Notes: generated from the sequence alone by a model not told the origin. Numbered from the stretch's first letter, positions 9,841 through 60,930 are shown. The stretch: DNA of 64,000 bases from Sminthopsis crassicaudata (GCF_048593235.1 NC_133617.1:52227767-52291766), one strand, 5' to 3'. Made by a program: numbers and translations.

Positions 9841-12732
9841 GCCTGCCCGCTGCCCCCGCCGCCGGGAGCGCGGGGGACCCTCGCCCGGCTTCTGCCCGGC
9901 TACCCGCCCGCCCGCCTGCCTGAAGCGCACGTCACCGCCGCTGCAGGGAGGGGAGAGGAGGAGGAGGACGACAAGGAGGAGGAGAGGAGGGATCCAGCCG
10001 GCTGTCTGGGGGCGGGGGAGGTGGAGGGCCGGCACCTCGAGAGAAGAGCCGCGGGGAGGGGAGGAGGAGGCGACCTGCCGGCCGCAAGGGCGGGGGTGGC
10101 AGTGGGGGGGGGTGAGTAGGAAGAGGAGGGTGGGCAGCACAGAAAAAGACAGCTTGGGGAGGAGGGGAGGTTCAGGCTCCGCCCCGGGACCCGCCTCCCT
10201 ACCCCTCCTGTACGCTCCCCAAAATGGGGGGGAGGGAGACAGCCCTTCTTACAGGGGGCGACCTGTAGATACTCGTCTCTGCCACTACCCTTAGAAAGCC
10301 CCGTCCCCTCTTTCCAGAGAGGGAAACTGAGGCCAACGGAGGGAAAGCGTTTGGCCTAAGATCACACAGTGACTAGAACCCAGGATCCCACGGTCCCAAA
10401 CCAGACCTAGAGTGTTAGAGCGACTACGCTCTCGTTCCCCACTCCCGTCCCACACACAGAAAAAGAGATTGCAGTCTCATCTCTCATGTCCGTCAGAATA
10501 GCCCAGCAGCAAAACGGGCAACGTCAGAGGTGATCCCTTCTCTCTGAAGGGGTCCGGCCAGCCCTTCCCCATCCCTTTGGCAAGGGATGCTTCGTGGAGT
10601 GGGAGATGAACCCACCAGATGCCTTCGGTGGGGGGGGGGGGGCAGGACGTGGGGCTCCTGTCCTCTCAAGCGCAGCTCCCGGGTTAGAACCGAACATTCC
10701 TCTGAAAGACTATTGCATCCAAATGGCCCCCTCTGACTCAGAAGGAGGGAGGCGAGAAAGGGGGAGAGCTGTCATAAACAAATCAGCTTTCTTGCTCTTT
10801 CCTGGTGACATTGTGCCTGGAAGGACTGGGACCCCTATGGCCCAGATTTTCTTTGGGAATTTTGAACCAAAGATGGGTCCCAGAGATATAACACCTCTCT
10901 ACCTCTTCCCAACTCCACTCCAACATACACTAACCAACCACCAGGCTGCACCTGTGCCATTCTCGCCTCCCAAAGTAACCAAGTGACTTGTCCAAAGTCA
11001 GCATTTGAACCCCAGACCCTGAATCTCAAGCCCAGAGCTCTTTGAATTTTTCCCATACTGCCTTTTTCATCTCCCTCCTCCTCCCCTTCTCAGGATTTCC
11101 CACTTACACCCTCTTTTGCATGAGAATTCTCAGAGCATCCAGATTCAAAAGATTCAAAGATTGGTCTTGCCTAGCCAGACTCTTAACCTGAGCAAATTTG
11201 ACTTGTTTTCCTTTTGACCTTCCAAATAAGCTACAGGTAAAGGAGTCAGGGCAAGGGACCAGGGCAGGGGAGGACCTATGAGCTGGACACTGAGGAGAAC
11301 TGAAAGTTTTGTTAGGGTGGAAACAAGGGGAAAGATGAGGTGGGCAGCCATGAAACCACCCCATCTCCTCTAGTGGGCTAAAAGGAAGATGCATACAGTG
11401 AATCCATCCTACTTCACTTCTCCAATTGAAATGACCAAGCCATCCTATTTGAATGAATTAAAGAAAAAAAAATTAATGCTAACTAGGAGCCAGATTAGTA
11501 AGCACTGGGGATAGAAATACAAACAAGATAGTCCCTGCCCTCCAGGGGCTTACATTCTAGTAGGGGTAGGTGGTCCATGTTTTGGTATTAATGATTTGAT
11601 TAGCTTTTTGAGTCAAAGTTGGAAAGTGTTGGAGAAAAAAGGATTGGGAAGGAAAGGGAAGGGGAAGTGGGGAGAGTTGAGAGAAGAGGCTCAAGATGAG
11701 TTTGGGTTTAAGCTTAGATCCATGGATCACCAATAAGAAGCCCAGAGTCACCCATCAGGAGCTTGGAATGTTGAATTAAAGGCACAGATATAGAATCATC
11801 AGCAGACAAGTCCTTTTATTACTCCCATTGGAATAGTTTCCAAATCTTTCTTTATTTCTCTGCTTGATATAATGGCCAACCTACTCCACTTCCTTATTTC
11901 TCTGGTTCACAAATTGAAGGTTGCAAAGAGCCTTGGCCACCCAATCCAGACTCTTCAAATTATAAATGAGGAAATGGACACCCAGAAAAATGATGTGACT
12001 GGTCCAGGGTGTGATAGAGATGAGATCTGAACTCCAGGCTTTTGATTCCAAATCCCGTGCTCTCTCCAGGGGGCCATGCTACTTCTATTGGGATGGTTTT
12101 GGTACCAGAACTTCTTCATTTCTCTATTGAAATGATATCCAAAGGAGGCTCAGTAAGAGGCCCATGGTAGGAATCTAAGGATAGACCAAGACTCACCCCA
12201 AGGCCAGGGAAATAAGAGAACACATGTTAGAGCAAATGTTCTCTCCCCACCGCCCCCCAGTTCTCAGAGCATCTCCCATTTGTCCCAGCCATTAATTCAA
12301 TGTGAATTTTTTAATGTTTGCCATGTACCAGGCACTGGGCTAGAAATTGCCCATACAAAAGTTTTTCGAACTCTCTATCACACCCTCCTTCCTCAGGAAA
12401 TTTTGGAAAATCTCATCTTTCAACATTGAATTTGCCTGGTTCTCAGATCTCATCAGAACCTTCGGATCACACCCTTTGAGTGGAAGAGCAGGGCCATGGA
12501 GCTCAGCACAGTTTTTCTCTCTTCCACTACCCATTTGTGGAATTCTCCACAATGGCGCCTCAGTGGCCTTTTCAGCTTCCTTAGTGTGTAATCGTCCCCC
12601 ATTAGTTTATAAGCTCTTTGAGGACTAATTTTCATTTTCTTCTTTGTGTCCCCAGTGCTTACTTTTACAGTGCACAGCACACGGTGGGGGCCTCCATTCC
12701 ACCTCTAGAACACTGAATGATTGTACCTGTGG

Positions 12733-12978
12733 TGGGCAGCTAGGTGGCTCAGTCCATAAGTCACAGCCTGAAGTGAGGAAGACAAGTTCCATTCTGGCTT
12801 TGGAGACTTAGTATCTTTGTGACCCTGGACAAGTCACTTTGCCCTGTCTGCCTCAGTTTCCTCATCTGTCAAATGAGCTGGAGAAGGAAATGGCAAACCA
12901 CTTCAGTATCTTTACCGAGAAAACCCCCAAAGGGGTCTCAGTCGTACTGAAAACTGAAACTACTACACAACAACAAAG
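12733..12978 (+). mobile_element. MAR1-type CORE-SINE with RTE-like tail
   Basis: gggcagctaggtggctcag head; gagctggagaaggaaatggcaaaccact; caacaacaa tail. Confidence 0.8.
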
Positions 12979-14958
12979 TATCTGCGATGGTATCCCTCGC
13001 CAAAGACAAGGTGAGTTTATTGGGGGGAAGGCGTATTGCTAGCTTGTTTCCTAGGGCCTAGCACGGTGTCTAGCACATTGTCACTGTGAAATGAATGGGG
13101 CTGCTGTCTTTAATGTCCATCATGGCTGCGGCTCTGGCCAGGGCTCGAAACTGAATCCTGAGGAGCCTCCGTCCCCTCCCCCCACGCCCGTCTCATCTCA
13201 GCAGGAGACCTGGCTGGGGCCCAACCTGCTGAATGGCATTCACCAGTGGCCTCTTCCTAGTCTTTCCAGTTCTTTTCTTCTGGAGTGTTTTTCAGAGTTG
13301 AAGGGAGTGTTCCCCCTAGCCTGGCCCTCCCTGCCTCCGGCTCACCCCTGGGCTGCTCCAAAGCTCCTCAGGTCCCCTATCTGATTGGCTTGGTACTCAG
13401 TAAGAAGAGAGGATCTCCTCAAATTTCTCTTCAGCAAAGACTGGGCAGTCCTAGGGAGGGGCTGTCGGTGGGCCTGTGGGAAGGCACCAGAGAAATGACT
13501 GTAACTCATTTCTCGACTTTCTTGCAAAACCCGTGCCTATTGCACACTCACCATCCATCCTGACAATTGGGTTCAGCTCAGGGTGGGGGCTACCAGAGAA
13601 ACAGGATGGGCTGGGGTGCGAGGCTGGTTTTCACCATCCCTGGATCATTTAGCTGCAGAGCTTGGCAGTGGTGGGGGCCTGGCTGGCCCAGGATGTTTGT
13701 AGCTGGTGTCCTTCCCTATCCTGACGGGCAGTCGGAAACGCAATGGGTCCAACACAAACCTCTTTTCACATTTCTCACAAGCGTCTCACAAAGACCAACA
13801 TTCATCCCAACAGCTGTTTGACCTCAAGCATGTGGGGGCCAGGCCTGCAGGCAGTTGGGTATTGGGGCTGGGGTGTCTGCTCAGGGACAACTGAGGGGAA
13901 GGGATTGAACAGGAGGGTGGGTGGCCAGGACAGCCTTGTCAGGGAGTAGGAATGCTAGCATCTGGGATTTGGAAGGGACCTTGTACACATTTACTCCAAA
14001 CTCCTCCCCCAAGGAATGAATTCTCCTCGCTCCTTACTATCCCGACAATGTTAGAACTTATATCCTTGGCTCCATTTTATGGATGAAGAAACTGAGGCAG
14101 ATTTCAGTAGACTAGACCATTGAAGCTATTTTGAATTCAGTTCTTCCTGACCCCAGGTCTACTCTATACATTCTCTCATTTGACAAAGTTACTCAGCCTC
14201 CATTTTAATTGTTATAGGAATACCTTAAGAAAGCAAACCTTCATGTAGATTTTCTCTTTCTGGAACCAGTTCTAACTGCTCCCCAATATAAATCCACACT
14301 ATTCCCCACCCATGGGATGGGGATTTGACTCTACATCCCATTGCCGATAACCATGGAGCCCCAATATCCCTGGCCCACTCACCCTCATCCTGTCAGGAGC
14401 TTCCATTGGTTTCAGGACAGCCCTCACCCCTACTCCCGTGACCTGTTTTTTCACATTGGACATTTTCCTTAGTGGCCACTGGCTGATCCTGCTAATAACT
14501 TCTGAGCTAAGCATCTGGGTGTTTCATTGTTTACCACGAAGGGTAGGACACTGAGCTCGCCATCCAGAAGGGATGGGATGAACATGCCATGTCAAACAGT
14601 AGAGAAAGAAAGCTGGACTCAAATCCCAGGTCCGCTTCCTAGCTCTTCGATCACGGCAAATCATGGGATCAGAGCAGCCAAGTAGAGTGTGACCACATCA
14701 TCACTGCCCTTCTCAATAAACTCCAGTGGCTTCCTGGTGCCTAAGGGATAAAATGTCACCTCTCATGTTGGGCTTTTAAGAGACAGCTAGGTGGTAAGCT
14801 CAAACCCTTCCTTGGGAACTAAGGTGTGCCTGTAGCTGGTTGATTCTGGAAGTCACTTCACTTCACCTGTTTACCCAAGTTTCCTCATTTGTAAAATGAG
14901 TATAACAGTAACCTTTACCTTCCAGGACTGTAGTGAGAAGTAAATAAGGTAACTAACA

Positions 14959-15107
14959 GGGGGCAGCTAGGGGGCGCAGTGGAGAGAGCACCAGCCCTGA
15001 ATTCAGGAGGACTTGAGTTCAAATCTGGTCTCAGACACTTAACACTTCCTAGCTGTGTGACCCTGGACAAGTCGCTTAACCCCAGCCTCAGGGGAAAAAA
15101 AAATAAC
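14959..15107 (+). mobile_element. Young WSINE1-like SINE with 13-bp TSD, nested in an older MIR
   Basis: TSD aaggtaactaaca at 14946-14958 and 15108-15120; intact A and B boxes. Confidence 0.9.
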
Positions 15108-15768
15108 AAGGTAACTAACATATAATAAAGTGATTTACAAGTCTTAAAGCACAATATAAATATTACTATCAAAGCCTGTTAAAACCTCTCTAGTCTCCCT
15201 TCCTTCTGGATTCCAGTGCAGCCAAACTGGCTCCTGTCAGTTCCTGGTACATGGCTTTCTCCAGCCCATGGGCTTCCCACGTGGACCACTCTGTCAGATT
15301 GCTGCCATCTTCCTAACAGTTATGTGGCAGACCAAATCCAATGAGATCGTAGATGTGAACAAATGTCAAGTACTTCACACATGCAGAACAGGTAATATTT
15401 CCATCCTGCCCAGAAGGAGAAGCTCCTTGGGAGATGTCACAAGCTCTGGCCCCCAGGGGGAGGGAGCAGGGTGTGGCTCAGGTAGCCAAGTGGGGATTAC
15501 CCTCACCCACCCACCCAGCTGTACTTTCTGGCAATGAGCCCTGATGTCCTAATTATCTACACCTTTCATTTCCAGAGGAGAGGTTTCAGGGTGTGCAGCA
15601 CAGGCCAACTGTACCATCCCCCATCAGACAAGCAAGCAGAAGTGAGTAAGAGCCTTGCCCAGGCTCCCACAGGTAGCTCTTGGATCCTTCTTCATTCTCT
15701 TCAGCCCCCCGCCAGACCCTTGCCTCCCCACCCAGACACATGCCAGGGTCCTTGATTGCAAAAGAGCC

Positions 15769-15774
15769 TTTATT
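15769..15774 (-). terminator. COPE polyadenylation signal AATAAA
   Basis: tttatt on the + strand, ~210 nt downstream of the COPE stop. Confidence 0.8.
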
Positions 15775-15983
15775 GAAAAAGGTACTGGGGGGGCCTCCTT
15801 CAGCTCTGGCTCCTGGGCCTAGCACAGCTCAGGAGGGGCTAAGGCCAAAAAGCCTCCGGGGGAGGCCAGGGACTCCAAAAGTCCTGGTCCTTTGTTTTGG
15901 GAGGTGGGGCCAACTGGCCAGTGAGGGGTTTTCTTCATTTCTGGGGAAGGCGTCCAGGGCCTCCACAAAGCCCTGAGCCCTTC

Positions 15984-39634
<23,651 letters not shown>

Positions 39635-39765
39635 TCAGGAAGTGACGTAAAAGAGCGCCCCGGAAGTGCTGCAGGACCGGTGCGCGAGGAGCTTCTCCAG
39701 CTCGGCTTTAGTTCTCCTCGGCAGCCCACAACGGCGGTGACCGCGGCAGTGGCGGCGGAGGAAAA

Positions 39766-39804
39766 GGAGGAGGAGGAGGAGGAGGAGGAGGAGGAGGAGG
39801 AGGA
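39766..39804 (+). repeat. (GGA)13 in the DDX49 5' leader
   Basis: Uninterrupted, followed directly by GCC-ATG. Confidence 0.95.
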
Positions 39805-39807
39805 GCC

Positions 39808-49530
<9,723 letters not shown>

Positions 49531-49677
49531 GGACCCACTTCCAGAACTGCCCAGAGTAGGTTCTGGGACTAGTACACCCCCGCCTCCTCCTTTGCACAAT
49601 GATGGGATAGGTCCAGAGCTATAGGGCAGCTAAAGGGTGCCTGGATCCCCCACAGGTGTTCCCTTTGACCAGCTTAC

Positions 49678-49683
49678 AATAAA
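49678..49683 (+). terminator. DDX49 polyadenylation signal AATAAA
   Basis: AATAAA 148 nt after the stop codon. Confidence 0.8.
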
Positions 49684-51808
49684 AAGAATATTGAGTTGTA
49701 CAGCGTGTGAATTACACACACACAGAGCGCCTCTCCAGCCCTTTTGGCACTTCTGGGAGCAGGAGGGAGGATGGGGAATGCAGGGATGGGGTGGGGCAAA
49801 AACAGGGAAAACCTCAGACTGGGAGGTAACAGGCTTCCCTGACTCGGTGCCACCATGGACAAGGCAAGAGCCTGTAGGCCTTAGTATAGTCTTTCGTATC
49901 CTTGCTCCTGGGCTTAATCCCCCAAAGGCAGAAACAAAGGCTTAGTGTATACCAAAAGATGGGAAACAGCAAGTGGCTGGCATCCGGGGAAAGGCTGGAC
50001 AAACTGCTGTTGTCATAATCGCTGTCATTTCTCTATCTATACCAAGTGCCAGACTCTGCTATGAGCTTTGCTATTACCTCACTGTTCCTCACAACATTCG
50101 CAGACTACTTGCTGTTAGTATCCCTCTTTCACAGCTGAAGAAACCGAGGCAGTAATGAATGATGGACCCAGGGTGACAGAGCTCACTCACCTTGTATCCA
50201 AGATCATTTTTGAACTTAGGTTTTGATGACTTCAGACAGAGCTATAATCACTGCACCTCTCAGCTCCCCATGTGGATGGAATGGAATATTATTTGCAGAA
50301 ATGACGAGAATTGACAAGCACGGAATGATGTGTAGAACCAAATCAACAAAAGAACCAAAAGTACAATATAAGGAAAAACTACTATAAATGAGAAATCATT
50401 TAAAAGTAGACAGGGTTAATAGTGATCCCAGGGACGAGGGAATTGAAAAATGGCTCCTTTCACATGGCAAAGGGTATCTAGTGGAAGATCCTATCCGCCT
50501 TGGGATGCAGTCAAAGGGAAAAGGCTTATTTTGTATAAATTGAAGACATCAATAAAACTTGCTGAAAAGGTAGTGAGTGTGTTGGACCAGAGAGTAGTTC
50601 ATCATCTTTGTGGGGCGTGCGTCTCTTTGACCATCAGATCTGCAAAACCTCTGATCCCCTTCCCAAATAGTTTATAAGTGCAGACAAAATTAATTCTCTT
50701 GAAATAAAACTGGAATTTTCCCCATGTTCATGGCCCCAAGGTTAAGAACTCTTGGACTAGATGGTTTTCCATGTTCTTCCAGTCGCATTAATTTCGGGGA
50801 GTGGTTGAGGATGGAAGTTGGTTATTGCCCAGGATGGCTCTGCTCAGGGGATGTTGAAAACATTATCTTGGGATCTTTTGTGGGAGGGGCTGCAACTAGC
50901 CCCAAACCCCCTAGAATGCAAAGTGTGCCAAAGAATGAAGGCACTTCAGGGACCTTCCAGAAAGAGGTGACTGGGTGAAAGAATAAATACATGAATTGAG
51001 AAAATGACAGGGCTAGAGGCTTGGTAAGTTTAGAAATTTAATTTCCCTGGGCAACCATTGCCCAGATACTAAAAAACCTACAAATCCTAAATTTCACAAA
51101 TGAATCCTCCCCCACCACAGTTGTCCTCAGCACTGCCCTCACCCTCTCCCCATCCCTTCCTCTCCCATGGGTTCTAGAAAAGGAAGCCAGCTGCCCCTGG
51201 CAGTAGTCCTGCCCGGGTCCCCTTACTCAGACCATCCTATCTAATGGGGAGAGGAGCTGGAACTAAGGTCCTGCCCTTGGGGACATTTACTATCCAGCCT
51301 GGGACAGACATCCACTTCATGCCAGCTTTAGGGAAATGATCATTTCTAGAGCTTGCAGAGCCGGGGGAATACTCGAGTCAACCAGGTTCCTGCCCTTCTT
51401 CCCTTCCTGGGAGGGGCTAGAGCTCTAGGTTCGCCAATCCTAATAAGGCTGCTGCCCCCTCCCTTCCCGCCCTTGCCCCCAGCCCATCAGGACGTGCCCC
51501 AGCCTGAGGGGCTGAGTCAGACCCGAGCTTCCGGCCTGGGAAGTATCTCCCTCCTGTGACTCAGAGGCAGGCCTGGCTGGGCCGGCTGGGAGCTCCCCAG
51601 TCCAGTCTCCTACCAGGAGCTGGAAGGGTTGAGGGCAGGACTGCTTTAAATATAAAACTACCAGAAAAAAAAATTGCCACCATCCCACCCCCTTATGAAA
51701 GCCGTGCCCCCTTACCCACCACAGACCCCATCTGGGCCGGGTTTGGGGGCTGAGGAGAGCATCCAGGCTCCCCCCCACCTCGGCCCAGCAGCCCTATTCC
51801 ACAGCCAG

Positions 51809-56358
<4,550 letters not shown>

Positions 56359-56954
56359 TGGTCAGGCTGAAGCAGAGGAGCCGAGGGAGGGGGCTCAGGG
56401 AAGGTGAGAGCTGGCTTCTGGGCCCTGGCCTTCGGTCCCTGGGGGGGAGAGGAATCCAAATGAATCCAGACAGCCAAGTACAGAAGGAACCTCCAAATGC
56501 ATCCAGGGCAATCTGATCAGGAACCCTCCCATGGGGGGGGGGGGAAGGAAGCCAGCACCTCCAGAAGCATCTGTCCAAGCAACTAGGGCTCGACCCTGAG
56601 TTTAGAAATTCTTCTTTATGTGGAACCAAAATCTCCCCACCAAGTCTACTCTGTGCTCCGGTTTTGTGCTCTGGGGCCAAGCAGAGCAAACCTCAACCCT
56701 CTCCCCTGGACCATGTCCTTGAATATGGACACGCTCTCCACTAAACCTCAGCTCTAGGATGAACACCAGTCAATCAACAAGTGTTTATTTAGTCCTACTC
56801 TCCATGGGTTCCTTTAACTGTTCATTTCACTGTATGACATGCTGGAAATTATTTAACAATGGGGTTTTGGGGGTGGGGATTACTCACTCGCAACACACTT
56901 TTAAATTTAATCTCCATTATGTACATTACCTCCATCACTTTAAGTATAGACAAA

Positions 56955-57098
56955 TACCAAAAATCAGGCAGACCTTTGTCAATCTCCAAAATAAATAAAC
57001 AAAGCCAATAATTAAGCAGGCCTTTGTCAATTTCAAAAACAAAAAACAATAACCAAGCAGGCCTTTGTCAGTTTCAAAAACCAATAATCAAGCATGCC
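56955..57098. repeat. ~3.5 tandem copies of CAATAATCAAGCAGGCCTTTGTCAATTTC plus a variable A-rich spacer
   Basis: Core at ~56961-56987, 57006-57034, 57047-57075; partial copy from 57082. Confidence 0.75.
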
Positions 57099-57112
57099 CT
57101 GCTAGGTAATAT

Positions 57113-57248
57113 GTTTTGTTTTGAGGCAACTGGGGGTAAGTGACTTGCCCAGGATCACACGGCTAGGATACATTAAGTGTTTTGAAGTCAGCTTTGAACT
57201 CCTAGATTCAGGGCCGGTGCCCTGTCCACTATGCCATCTAGCTGCCCC
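57113..57248 (-). mobile_element. WSINE1/Mar1-like SINE
   Basis: gtttttgaggcaactggggg...ccatctagctgcccc. Confidence 0.82.
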
Positions 57249-60007
57249 TTGTCAATTTCTTAGAAGTAAATTACACTGACAATCTGCCAGCTGGCTGGAG
57301 GGCGGTAGGTTGGAGCTGGCTCCAACACATCCCTGTTCCATCCTGGTTGCCCTCCTTTGGACCGGAGACCCTCCCTCTCATTTCCTACCCTGACAAGGTA
57401 GATTTGGGGGTCAGCACCTCTAAGTGAGAGCTGCCTGTTACCAGTTACTAACATGACCTTGAATAAGCCTCAGGAAGCCTCCGTTTTTTCTTCTGTAAGA
57501 TTAGATAACTGGGCTGTTAATTCCAAATGTAGGGTCCCTGTTCAGCTACAGAGAGTGAAGGAGAAGAGGCCTGAGGCTTCAGGTCAGATCCCAGGGCCAA
57601 GAAGACTACCCCTGGAGAAGGTTCCTCCTGCTCCCTGCACCCTGTCCCTTCCCAGGACTCACTGGGACTCATGGAGCCTCCATCAACCAACTAACCCAAG
57701 CCCCACAGGCAGCCGGGAGAGGCAGGGATGGGGAGAAACCAAAGCTCTGGTCTGGGGGACCTGGTGAGGCAGTAATCACAGCTATCACTTTCACTCAACA
57801 CTTCCTTGTACCCCAGGCCTTCTCCAGGGGGCCGGGAACCAGGGATATGAGCAGAAATAGACGTGAGAGATTCCCAACTTCTAGCCCTTCATTTTACAGG
57901 GAACTAACCGGGACCCCGAATGTTAAGCATTTGCCAAGGTCACAGGTGATAAGGCATTCAGATGAAATTCAATTCCAGGGCCTGATCCTCCATCCAATAT
58001 TCCCTTTATTAAGGTTTTTGCTCTCAGAACCCAGAAGTCTCTAATACCACCTCCCCCACCCCCCCGCACACACAGATACACATGCAAACACACCCACAAA
58101 CCTGCTGCTAGGGTCTAGGCAGGAGAGAGAGGGGCTTAAATTGGCTGAATCCCCTTCAGTCTGTGAATCCCTGTGAAGAGGATGATCCCGAGGGAGCTTG
58201 GGGGTATTTCAGTCCCGCTGAAGAGAATTCCCTCTACCCAGCCAGACCCTCTTCCCTTCCCTCCCCTCCCTTTCCTCCCTTTGCAGCTGTGCTGGTCACA
58301 TGGGCACAGCCTGAAACCGGACCCCCTTCCGCCCCCACCCTGAGGGGCAGCCAACCCCCATCCATGTATATTGCTACCTCCAACCCCCACCCCTTCCTGA
58401 TTTCTGCTTCCTGTCAAGCTTTTCTAGAAGGAAATAATGAACGGAGACCCCTGCCTAGCCTACTTCCCCTTCCTCCATGCTCCCTGAGAGCTTCCCCATC
58501 CCTGCTGTTCCCAATTTGATATGGGCTCCCTATCTCCTCTATGCCCCTGCCAGTGCTCTGGGGGCTCCTTGTAGGACAGGGTGAGAGGTGCCATCCCAAA
58601 GGGCAGTAAACCCCACCCGCCTCTCAGCTGGCTCTAATCCACTCCCAGGGGGTTCTGTGGGACTGTTCTGTTATTTTGAAAAAGTTCTTTGGGGTCAGAA
58701 GCCAGACCAGGAAAAACAGGACTAGAAATCGAACCTACTTTCTAGTTCTAGTTTTCTCAGTGACTTGTATGACTCAGGGCAAGTTCTGTTCTCTCTGTCT
58801 CTCTCTCTCTCTCTGTGTCTGGGTCTCAGTTTTTCTTTCTGTAAAATCAGGGTGCTGGCTGAGAGTTCCATCCAGATCAGGAGTTCTGCAATTTGATAAC
58901 CCCAGCCCCCATGAGGGGTGGGCTGGGTGTAGACCTAGGACTACTGACTCCAAACTCTAAGGGCTCTGAGAGAGCCCTGATCCAATGAACCAAGGGGCAA
59001 AATCCTCCAAGAACCTACAACCCAGTACCAAAAAAGTGTCTGCTCACCTACTGCTGGGAAATCAGACCACCGGGGCTGCCCCTCCCCCAATGTCACAGCT
59101 TCCAGGGGCCCCTGCAATGAAACCCTTCTCCGGGCCCAGGGCCTTAAGGTCCTGGCTAGTGGGACACCCAGCCTCCTCCTGCCCTGATACCTGGGCTGGG
59201 CACAGAGGGGGTGGTGCCCACAGTAGGAAGCAGCTGCTGAGTTGAGTTGGCAAGTTGGGACATACAACTAGCCCTGGGCAGAGGCGTTCTCAGAAATGAG
59301 GGAGGTGAGGCTCCTATAGTCCCCCACCCTGAGTCCCCCCCAATCTTGTGCCCAGGCTTAGAAATGTGGGACTCTGAGACCCAAGAAGTGTCTCCCACTG
59401 CTTTGATCCCCCCGGCCACCCACCCTTGGGTCCTGTAACTGGGGAACCTCCCTTGCTTACCTTTTGCTAAGATTTTCCTCCAATCTCTAGCCCCCCATCT
59501 TCTCTCTCAACTCCAGCCCCTCGGCTGGGAAACCTTTTTGTGTCAGGGTTCCTCTCGCCTATTCCTCTATGTCCGGCTCCGTGGCTGGGGACCTTGACTC
59601 TGCCTGGCTCCCCTCTACCTTTCCCCCCATTTTCTGTGTGCCTGGGGACCCTTACTCTGCCTTACTCTGGGTCCCTTTCATCTTCCCTCTCATCTCCTGT
59701 CCCGGAGCTCGGAGCCCCTTCTCCGCCAGCCCTCATCCTCTTCCTTCTCCCGAGCTAGCAAAGGAGGATGGGAGAGGGGCGCTTCCTCCTTTTGGCCCCC
59801 CAAGCCTCTCTCAGCTCCCCAGGTCCCAGAAGGGGCCTGTCTGAAGGGGTCGCGCCCCTTCCGGATCCACGCCGGGACGGTCCCCGAATACCCCGTGCCT
59901 CCCGCCGCCCGTTCGCCTCCAGACCGGGGCTGTCCCCCGCGCCCCAGCCCGCGACACGAAGGCGCAAACTTTGGGGAACGCGAGGGCGCCCCGCTAGGCT
60001 GGCTCAC

Positions 60008-60200
60008 CAGCTGGCCGCCGTGCCCGTGCGCGGGCTCCGCCTGTGCTGTCCGGAGCTGCCGCCGGCCGGCTCCCGTGCGCTCCCCGGCGCCGCGTCGCTC
60101 CAACTTCGGGCCGGGGCTGCGAGCGCGCTGCGCCCCCGGCGGGCGGCCTCAGCGCCGCGCCCTGCCCCGCGCCGCCGCCGCCGCCTCTGCCGCCGCCGCC
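60008..60200 (-). other. HOMER3: Probable non-coding first exon of HOMER3 (5' end undefined)
   Basis: Lies in the CpG island and ends at a strong donor CAGCTG/gtgagc (60008); the TSS cannot be read from sequence. Confidence 0.55.
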
Positions 60201-60286
60201 GCCCCGCAGCCTTTGTCTTCCCGGAGTGCCCGCCCCAGCCCCAGCTCCAGCCCCAGCCCCAGCGCCAGCGCCAGCGCCAGCTCCAG
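60171..60286. repeat. (GCC)5 TCT (GCC)5 and nine CNCCAG hexamers
   Basis: Triplets at 60171-60203; hexamers at 60233-60286. Confidence 0.9.
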
Positions 60287-60802
60287 CGCCCCAACGCCTC
60301 CGCCTCCGCCCGCAGCCGCCAGCCCCATAGCGGTCCCGGCCCCGCGCTGCCCCCCCGACTTTATCTGCCTGCTCTCGGGCGCACTCAGCGGCGCCACCTG
60401 CCGGACACCGAGCCCCGCCCCGCGGGGACCGGTCACCGCGTGGTCAAGGCTGGCTCCGCGTGGCGCGGCGGCGCGCGGAGTGGCGGGCGGCCAGGGGCGC
60501 CGCGGGGCGGGGAGGAGGGGCAGGCGGCGCCCTCGGGCTCCCGGCGCAAGCCACAGACCCGCCGGAAGAGATTCAGAGTTTGGAGAGAGCGGGAAACACT
60601 TACACAACGCCGGGCACGTAGTAGGCACTTACAAAGTATCTACTGACCAACGGGGAAAGAGACCGGCCAACCACTCAGTCCCTGCGTTAAAGCTCCTACT
60701 ACGGGCTCGGAGCTCAGGAGGCTAATTGAGGGTGTGGGTATCCCTGGGGACAATGCTGTCCTTGCTCTTTAAAGCTGCTGACACTCACCACTGTCCAACC
60801 AG

Positions 60803-60930
60803 TGAGTGTGTCTGTGTGTGAGTGTGTGATTGTGTGTGTGTGTGTCTGTGAGTGTGAGGGATTGTGTGTGTGAGTGTGAGGGTGTGTGTCCGTGAGTGTG
60901 TGTGATTGTGTGTGTGAGTGTGAGTGAGTG
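60803..60930. repeat. TG-rich low-complexity tract upstream of HOMER3
   Basis: gtgtgtgagtgtg-type repeats. Confidence 0.85.

Larger units (their letters stand above)
8550..10300. promoter_or_regulatory. CERS1 CpG island/promoter, with GC box GGGGCGGAGCC at 10175-10185 (-)
   Basis: Dense CpG and GC-rich sequence spanning exon 1; canonical Sp1 box upstream of the ATG. Confidence 0.8.
59850..60600. promoter_or_regulatory. HOMER3 CpG island/promoter; CTCF-like CCGGCAGGTGGCGC (-) at 60391-60404
   Basis: Very CpG-dense tract upstream of the HOMER3 coding exons; the CTCF call is motif resemblance only. Confidence 0.78.

Noticed and set aside
9018-10294. Overlapping Pro/Arg/Gly-rich ORFs, including a 100-codon GTG-initiated extension of CERS1
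   Set aside because: Stop-poor CpG island sequence; homology starts at ATG 9840.
59690-60725. 292-aa and 276-aa ORFs in the HOMER3 island
   Set aside because: GC-rich repeat translations (poly-A/P/R, AP repeats) typical of CpG islands.
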